From the IMG/VR virus record IMGVR_UViG_3300045533_000060: a DNA stretch of 20,000 nucleotides; one strand, given 5' to 3'. Of this stretch, positions 14,700-20,000 are shown piece after piece. This DNA is from an uncultured virus (IMG/VR IMGVR_UViG_3300045533_000060) (taxonomy: Duplodnaviria; Heunggongvirae; Uroviricota; Caudoviricetes). Every line of letters starts with the position of its first letter. Positions within the stretch are counted from its first letter, which is position 1. The notes under the pieces were generated by a model, which saw nothing but the letters and a program-made list of their open reading frames with translations, ran no database searches and was not told the DNA's origin. Both the position numbers and the translations under genes were made by a program.

Positions 14700-17657
14700 A
14701 TGTCAAATCAATTAAAGAAAAAGTTTCTAGGAAGCGATTCGGTCGATGGAAGTAAAATTAAGTTTTCCAACGATGACGCTTTTAGAGCACGAAATGCGCT
14801 GGATACAGCCGACATTTCACTGTTTAAACTCAACGCATCAAATGAGTTTCAACTTCTAGTACTTCCAAAGTACAACGGATCAAATGTAGCTACAGAAAGC
14901 TATGTTGATACGGAAGTTGGTCTTGTGGCAGATGACGTATCGCATCTAGTAACTCTTTCTGGAGTTGCAGTAGATTCTGATACTTTAGGTAGCTTTGCAG
15001 GATCTACAATTCTAGACAATAGAGATATTAAAGAAGCTCTACAAGATTTAGAATCGGCTCACGAAGAAGTAGACCAAAATGTAAATGATCTAGTAACTCT
15101 AAGTGGAGTAGCTGAAAATTCTCAGAGTCTGGGACTTTTTTCAGGAGACACTATCCTTTCTACTACAGTAAAAGGAGCTTTGCAAGATTTAGAGACTGCT
15201 CACGAAGCTCACTTGAATGACTCAGAAGATGCTCATGATGCTTCTGCAATTTCTGTAAGTCCTTCTGTAAATGCACAAACTACTGTTCAAGGCTCTTTAG
15301 AGAACCATGAAAGTAGAATTGATGCTCTAGAAGTAGGCGGAGGAGATACCAAGCAAGTTAAGATTAGTGCCAATGATACCACTGAAGGCTATTTAGAAGC
15401 TAAAGTAGTAGGTGCTGCTAATAAAATCGTAATCTCTACTCTAAACGATGGTGGAAATGAAGATCTACAAATTGATATTGGATCTCATGTTTTCGATAAA
15501 TCAGTAGATGACACTGATGATATTACAGAAGGTTCTTCAAAATTATTCTTCACAGATGCTAGAGCTAGAACTGCTGCTGTAGCCGATTCTATTACAGATG
15601 GTGTTACTAATATTGCACCTTCTCAAAATGCTGTACACGATGCTTTAGCTCTTAAAGTGAATAAAGCTGGCGATACTATGTCAGGGTTTTTAACCCTTCA
15701 TGCAGATCCAAGTTCGGATCTTCATGCTGCCACTAAGCGTTATGTTGACGCTGTTGCAGAAGGACTACATGTTCACGCTCCTGCAAAAGTTGTAGTAAAT
15801 TCTCCGCTTTCTGGAACAGTTATCTATGATAACGGTACTAGCGGAGTAGGTGCTACTCTTACATTAGGCACAGCCTTAACTTCTGTTGACGACTATACTC
15901 TTCAAGATCAAGATAGAATTATCATTAACGGTCAAGCTAACCAAGCTCATAACGGTATTTATATTTATCAAACTGGTGGAACAGAACTACTCAGAGCTTC
16001 TGATTTTGATACAGTTGTGGAAACTGCTGGTGGAGATTTTATCTTTGTCCAAGAAGGAACTACTTATGGTAATTCTGGATGGGTAATGACAGAAACCACT
16101 TCTTCTATTGGAAGTAGCCCTATCGTATTTGTACAGTTCTCAGGAGCTGGACAGTTACTAGAAGGCGATGCGATTGATCTTCAAGGAAATGAGATCAATG
16201 TAAAATATGATAACGTAGGAATTGGTTTAAATGGAACAAACCAACTTGAGCTAAAAGATTCTGGAGTAGTAACTGAAAAGATTGGACCTCAAGCTGTAAC
16301 AGCCGCCAAGATTGCCTCTGATGTAGCTGGTCCCGGATTAACTCAAGACGGTATTGGGGCATTGCAAGTTAATGTAGATATTAACACTCTAGAAGTAGTA
16401 TCAGATTCTGTTGGAATTAAAGATTCCGGAGTTACGGAACTTAAGATTGCTGACAATGCAGTTACCAGTAACAAGATTAATAGTCAAGCTGTTACCGCAT
16501 CAAAAATTGCTATGGACGTAGCAGGTGACGGATTAGTACAGGAAGCTGGCGGAGCTTTAAAAGTTAATGTAGACCCTAATACTCTTGAGATTTTTTTAGA
16601 TGTTGTACAAATTAAAAACTCAGGTGTGACTGAACTTAAGATCGCTGATAATGCCGTTACTACGAATAAGATAAGTTTTGGTGCCGTAACAGCTGCTAAG
16701 ATTGCTATGGACGTAGCAGGTGACGGTCTAGGACAGGAACCTAGTGGGGCATTAAAAGTTAACGTAGATCCTAATACTCTTGAGATTTTTAGTGACGCTA
16801 TACAAATTAAAAACTCAGGTGTAACTGAATTTAAAATTGCGGATAATGCTGTTACTACGAATAAGATCAATAACGCTGCAGTAACAGCTGCTAAGATTGC
16901 TATGGACGTAGCAGGTGACGGTCTAGGACAGGAGCCGGGTGGAGCTTTAAAAGTTAACGTAGATCCTAATACTCTTGAGATTTTTGGAGATGCTGTACAA
17001 ATTAAAAACTCTGGAGTAACGGAGTTTAAAATTGCGGATAATGCAGTAACTACTAGTAAAATTAATAGTGCTGCAGTTACTGCAGCCAAGATTGCACTTG
17101 ATGTGGCAGGTAATGGTTTAGGACAGGAAGCTGGTGGAGCTTTAAAAGTTAACGTAGATAATATTTCTATTGAACTTTCTTCTGATGCTGTGCAGATTAA
17201 AGATGACGGAGTAACTAGTTCTAAAATTCAAGCAGACGCTGTAACTGCAGTGAAGATAGCTTCAGATGTAGCAGGTATTGGTTTACAACAAGACGGAGAT
17301 AGCTCTTTAGCTGTTAAGCTTGATGGAACATCTCTATCTAAATCAGTTAACGGAATTAAGCTCAATATTGAGTATCATAAGCAAAATTATCTGGTTGATA
17401 GTGCTGATCCTCAAGATACAGTTCTTGCTAGTAACTACTTCGATCTAGACTCTGTAATTGAACCTAACTCTCTCGTAGCTTTTGTAGATAGAGTTGGTAT
17501 CCATGAAGGAGCTGGAGAAGATTATACAATAAATCTTACTGGTGGAGTTGGCGGAGTAACTAGAATTACATTTGTAAATGCTTTAGTTACTGCAGGACAG
17601 CAAAAATTAGCTAATGGCGATAAGCTATACTTTACTTATCAGAGAAAGATTCCTTAA
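14700..17657 (+). CDS. Fibre protein with tandem shaft repeats, 985 aa
   Basis: DLHAATKRYVD motif, a COG5301-type segment (DRIIINGQANQAHNGIY...RASDFD...FIFVQEG), 65-aa tandem repeats, C-terminal G.DY...D.LY.TY domain. Confidence 0.8.
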   Translation: MSNQLKKKFLGSDSVDGSKIKFSNDDAFRARNALDTADISLFKLNASNEFQLLVLPKYNGSNVATESYVDTEVGLVADDVSHLVTLSGVAVDSDTLGSFAGSTILDNRDIKEALQDLESAHEEVDQNVNDLVTLSGVAENSQSLGLFSGDTILSTTVKGALQDLETAHEAHLNDSEDAHDASAISVSPSVNAQTTVQGSLENHESRIDALEVGGGDTKQVKISANDTTEGYLEAKVVGAANKIVISTLNDGGNEDLQIDIGSHVFDKSVDDTDDITEGSSKLFFTDARARTAAVADSITDGVTNIAPSQNAVHDALALKVNKAGDTMSGFLTLHADPSSDLHAATKRYVDAVAEGLHVHAPAKVVVNSPLSGTVIYDNGTSGVGATLTLGTALTSVDDYTLQDQDRIIINGQANQAHNGIYIYQTGGTELLRASDFDTVVETAGGDFIFVQEGTTYGNSGWVMTETTSSIGSSPIVFVQFSGAGQLLEGDAIDLQGNEINVKYDNVGIGLNGTNQLELKDSGVVTEKIGPQAVTAAKIASDVAGPGLTQDGIGALQVNVDINTLEVVSDSVGIKDSGVTELKIADNAVTSNKINSQAVTASKIAMDVAGDGLVQEAGGALKVNVDPNTLEIFLDVVQIKNSGVTELKIADNAVTTNKISFGAVTAAKIAMDVAGDGLGQEPSGALKVNVDPNTLEIFSDAIQIKNSGVTEFKIADNAVTTNKINNAAVTAAKIAMDVAGDGLGQEPGGALKVNVDPNTLEIFGDAVQIKNSGVTEFKIADNAVTTSKINSAAVTAAKIALDVAGNGLGQEAGGALKVNVDNISIELSSDAVQIKDDGVTSSKIQADAVTAVKIASDVAGIGLQQDGDSSLAVKLDGTSLSKSVNGIKLNIEYHKQNYLVDSADPQDTVLASNYFDLDSVIEPNSLVAFVDRVGIHEGAGEDYTINLTGGVGGVTRITFVNALVTAGQQKLANGDKLYFTYQRKIP
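16254..17363 (+). repeat. Tandem intragenic repeat: 165 + 4 x 195 + 165 nt
   Basis: Units start at 16254, 16419, 16614, 16809, 17004 and 17199. Long identical DNA tracts between units 3 and 4 (e.g. AAGATTGCTATGGACGTAGCAGGTGACGGTCTAGGACAGGA). Confidence 0.95.
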
Positions 17658-17665
17658 TAACTACT

Positions 17666-17695
17666 GAAAAGAGGGAGGTTTCCTCCCTCTTTTTT
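17666..17695 (+). terminator. Rho-independent terminator, possibly bidirectional
   Basis: GAAAA-GAGGGAGG-TTT-CCTCCCTC-TTTTTT immediately after the tandem TAATAA stop. Confidence 0.9.
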
Positions 17696-17709
17696 CTTTA
17701 GAGGTTGTA

Positions 17710-18963
17710 ATGGTTGCTAGAATTAATCCTAAATTCATATCCGCAGACATGACTGACGATACAGAGTTGGCTGCTTTAGAACTTAGGGTAGCAAGCCTTG
17801 AATCTAATTCTCCAACCCCAGAGTTTGTTTTTGTAAATTCTAAATCAGATCTTCCAGCTGCCATCTCTGGAGTCATAACTCTCGCCAATAATTACACTTA
17901 TTTTTTAACTAAGACTATAGACTTAACTGGAGATAGGATAGTTAGCGGAATTAATACTACAATTATCGGAGGATCTTCCGAAAACTGTGGATTAATCTCA
18001 ACAGGTCTAAGTGCATCTACTGCATTACTCAGTTCAAACTATTCGCTTCCAATGCGAAATATTTATATAACTCATGGGACAGCTTTAAATCTAGATGGGA
18101 CTGGAAATGCCACAGCAGCGTTAGACTGGTTTGGAGTCAACTTTGTAAACTGTGCGGTTGTCGGTACAATAAAAACATATTCTAATTTTATCATGTCCGA
18201 CTGTGCCCTATTAAATTCAGCTAATTTTACTTTTGATGGAACAATCGGAACTGTAGGTTTTGTGAACTCCCTATTCTCTGGAATAGCAGGGCAGACCACT
18301 CTAAACTTTCCAGCAACCCTAACGATCACTAGAAGAATTAGAGCAATCTATTCTTCCTTTATAGCTTTTGGTGGAGATACCGCGATTAACGTCAGCACTA
18401 GTGCCGTTATTCCAGTTGAAGGATACATTCTAGATACTATTAACTTTAGCGGTGGAGCAACTTATACTGCAGGAGTTCAGTATAACGATAATAAAGCACT
18501 ATTTTCTAATTGTAAAGGTGTGAACAATTCTACTGAAATTGCTCAAATGTTTTTTACTAACAACGCTACTCAAAATCCAATCGCAGCTCAGAACACCTTT
18601 GAAAAAATTCTAGGCACAACTACTGCTAGTGCCATCAATGAAAAATTTACACATGCAAATAATCAGTTGACCTATACGGGGGCTATTACTAGGAGTTTTG
18701 CAATTACCGCATCTTGCTCTGCAGCTTCTATTACAACAGCAAATGCCGTAATCACAGTCAGAATTGCTAAAAATGGAACGAGCTTAGCTGAATCAGAAGC
18801 TCAAGCTACTACATCGGCAACTAATCGTAATGAAAACTTTTTCTGTCAAACAATTGTTCAACTAGCACAAAACGATTTCATTGAAATTTTTATAGCAAAC
18901 AACACCAGTGCCTTAAACTTACTGGCTTCTGAGTTGAATGTTGTAATTAGGGCAGTTAATTAA
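17710..18963 (+). CDS. Putative spike/receptor-binding protein (short coiled coil, beta-helix-like body, C1q/BclA-like C-terminal domain), 417 aa
   Basis: SD GAGGT. LELRVASLE coiled coil, beta-rich middle, C-terminal IAKNG...IVQLAQNDFIEIFIAN pattern typical of C1q-like trimer heads. Confidence 0.65.
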   Translation: MVARINPKFISADMTDDTELAALELRVASLESNSPTPEFVFVNSKSDLPAAISGVITLANNYTYFLTKTIDLTGDRIVSGINTTIIGGSSENCGLISTGLSASTALLSSNYSLPMRNIYITHGTALNLDGTGNATAALDWFGVNFVNCAVVGTIKTYSNFIMSDCALLNSANFTFDGTIGTVGFVNSLFSGIAGQTTLNFPATLTITRRIRAIYSSFIAFGGDTAINVSTSAVIPVEGYILDTINFSGGATYTAGVQYNDNKALFSNCKGVNNSTEIAQMFFTNNATQNPIAAQNTFEKILGTTTASAINEKFTHANNQLTYTGAITRSFAITASCSAASITTANAVITVRIAKNGTSLAESEAQATTSATNRNENFFCQTIVQLAQNDFIEIFIANNTSALNLLASELNVVIRAVN

Positions 18964-18964
18964 T

Positions 18965-19993
18965 ATGAAAAGAATTAACGTAAAAATAAATGATACTATA
19001 GTTTGGTCCTCTTATAAATCAAATGCAGAATACCAAGCTTGGATTAATTCCTGTATTGCCGCAAATTTATGGGGAGCACCCGGAACCTATGTAGTAGAAG
19101 TTCTAGATGCTGATGTTGAATTAGAAGCAAGAAGACAAAGCCAAGAACTGACAACAAAGCAGACAACAACCCAGATAGACTCTAGAATCGTAAGTTTAGA
19201 AAATTTAGGACTAGATGATCACATAAGTAATACTATCAATCCCCACAGCACTACAAAAGCTCAAGTCGGATTAGGGGATGTAGATAATATTTCTGCATCT
19301 AATCTGAGAGATAGAAGCACTCATACTGGAACTCAATTATCTAGCACCATTTCAGATTTTAACGAAGCGGCTCAGGATGCTGTAGGAAATTCTTTAGTAA
19401 GTAGTTCAAACATTTCATTCACATATCCGGATGCTCAAAATCAAATCACTGCAGACTTATCTGATACTGGAGTAACCGCTGGTACATATTCTCTACTAAC
19501 AGTAGATGCTAAAGGAAGAATTACCAACGGGCTGAGCGTTGGATCTATTACTAGATTTACCTATACTAATGGCGCTACTGTTGTAAACTCAAATGCTACA
19601 TATACTACGGTAGCTTCTCTAACCACAGATAGCTTACCTGTAGGACTATATAGGTTTAGATTTTTTGGAATTGGTCAATCTGGAGCAACTGCAAATGGCA
19701 TGGGTATCAGGATAGTTAACGGAACCTCCACCATTTCTACTATTTTAGGGAAGTGGTATATTGGACAAGGAGCTAACGGAACTTCTCAAGCTTACCAATA
19801 TGATCAACTTGCATTAAATACAAACGTAGCTAGTGCATCATCTGCAGCCGCCAATATCAGCTTTAGTATTATGGGAGACGGTATTTTCAGAGTTACCGCA
19901 GCTGGTACTATAACGATACAAATAAGATCTGAGGTAAATGGCACTGCCTCATCATTGTTGGCAAATTCTAACTTAGAGGTATGGTTAGCATGA
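18965..19993 (+). CDS. Short fibre protein, 342 aa
   Basis: Shares NPHSTTKAQVGLGDVDN and THTGTQ.SSTISDFN modules with the 1361-aa fibre. TGVTAGTY..LTVDAKGRIT shaft motif and a beta-sandwich C-terminus. Confidence 0.72.
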   Translation: MKRINVKINDTIVWSSYKSNAEYQAWINSCIAANLWGAPGTYVVEVLDADVELEARRQSQELTTKQTTTQIDSRIVSLENLGLDDHISNTINPHSTTKAQVGLGDVDNISASNLRDRSTHTGTQLSSTISDFNEAAQDAVGNSLVSSSNISFTYPDAQNQITADLSDTGVTAGTYSLLTVDAKGRITNGLSVGSITRFTYTNGATVVNSNATYTTVASLTTDSLPVGLYRFRFFGIGQSGATANGMGIRIVNGTSTISTILGKWYIGQGANGTSQAYQYDQLALNTNVASASSAAANISFSIMGDGIFRVTAAGTITIQIRSEVNGTASSLLANSNLEVWLA

Positions 19994-20000
19994 TTATAAA
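19990..20000 (+). CDS. Probable start of the next gene (truncated by window edge)
   Basis: ATGA overlap with the upstream stop and a GAGGT SD at 19976-80; only three codons visible. Confidence 0.45.

Larger units (their letters stand above)
1..20000 (+). mobile_element. Tailed phage (Caudoviricetes) structural/morphogenesis region; free phage or prophage cannot be distinguished
   Basis: Canonical terminase-portal-scaffold-capsid order followed by fibre genes; one coding strand, overlapping or abutting genes, no cellular genes. Confidence 0.95.

Noticed and set aside
5028..16086. Alternate-frame + strand ORFs 5028..5243, 13366..13572, 15886..16086
   Set aside because: Short, overlap stronger genes, no recognisable protein features.
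16592..16598. T TTT TTA slippery heptamer in the 985-aa gene
   Set aside because: Present in only one repeat unit, no obvious downstream stimulator, and the -1 frame stops within a few codons.
16484..17089. 201-aa minus-strand ORF and other antisense ORFs (6..239, 3286..3570, 4550..4753, 4804..5022, 5348..5533, 6619..6909, 11594..11956, 13068..13379, 18072..18329, etc.)
   Set aside because: They lie opposite well-supported + strand genes and look like antisense shadows of codon bias and repeats.
16254..17363. Tandem array as CRISPR or non-coding repeat
   Set aside because: Units are in-frame coding repeats with no unique spacers.
1..20000. Genome-wide stop codon reassignment
   Set aside because: Standard code 11 already gives near-complete coding density with long uninterrupted genes.

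Overview
The whole window reads as the late (virion structure) operon of an AT-rich tailed dsDNA phage (Caudoviricetes; head module organised like a P22/podovirus). All credible genes are on the + strand and tightly packed. Order: 3' end of terminase large subunit, portal, possible internal virion protein, scaffold, major capsid protein with a structured leader and a strong terminator. About 14 kb of mostly modular fibre/adhesin-like genes follows, interrupted by three small genes, one of them (59 aa) missing from the ORF track. No integrase, reverse transcriptase, tRNA, CRISPR array or host gene is visible. The most interesting observations, all hypotheses: (1) a possible plug-and-socket chain among three consecutive fibre proteins; (2) a shared basic [FY]xKL[KR]xxLG peptide resembling a scaffold coat-binding helix in small proteins; (3) a nested, Russian-doll domain arrangement in the 325-aa protein; (4) a long stem-loop leader before the capsid gene; (5) apparent complete avoidance of GGCC. 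Product calls rest on gene order and motif recognition only; no searches were run.
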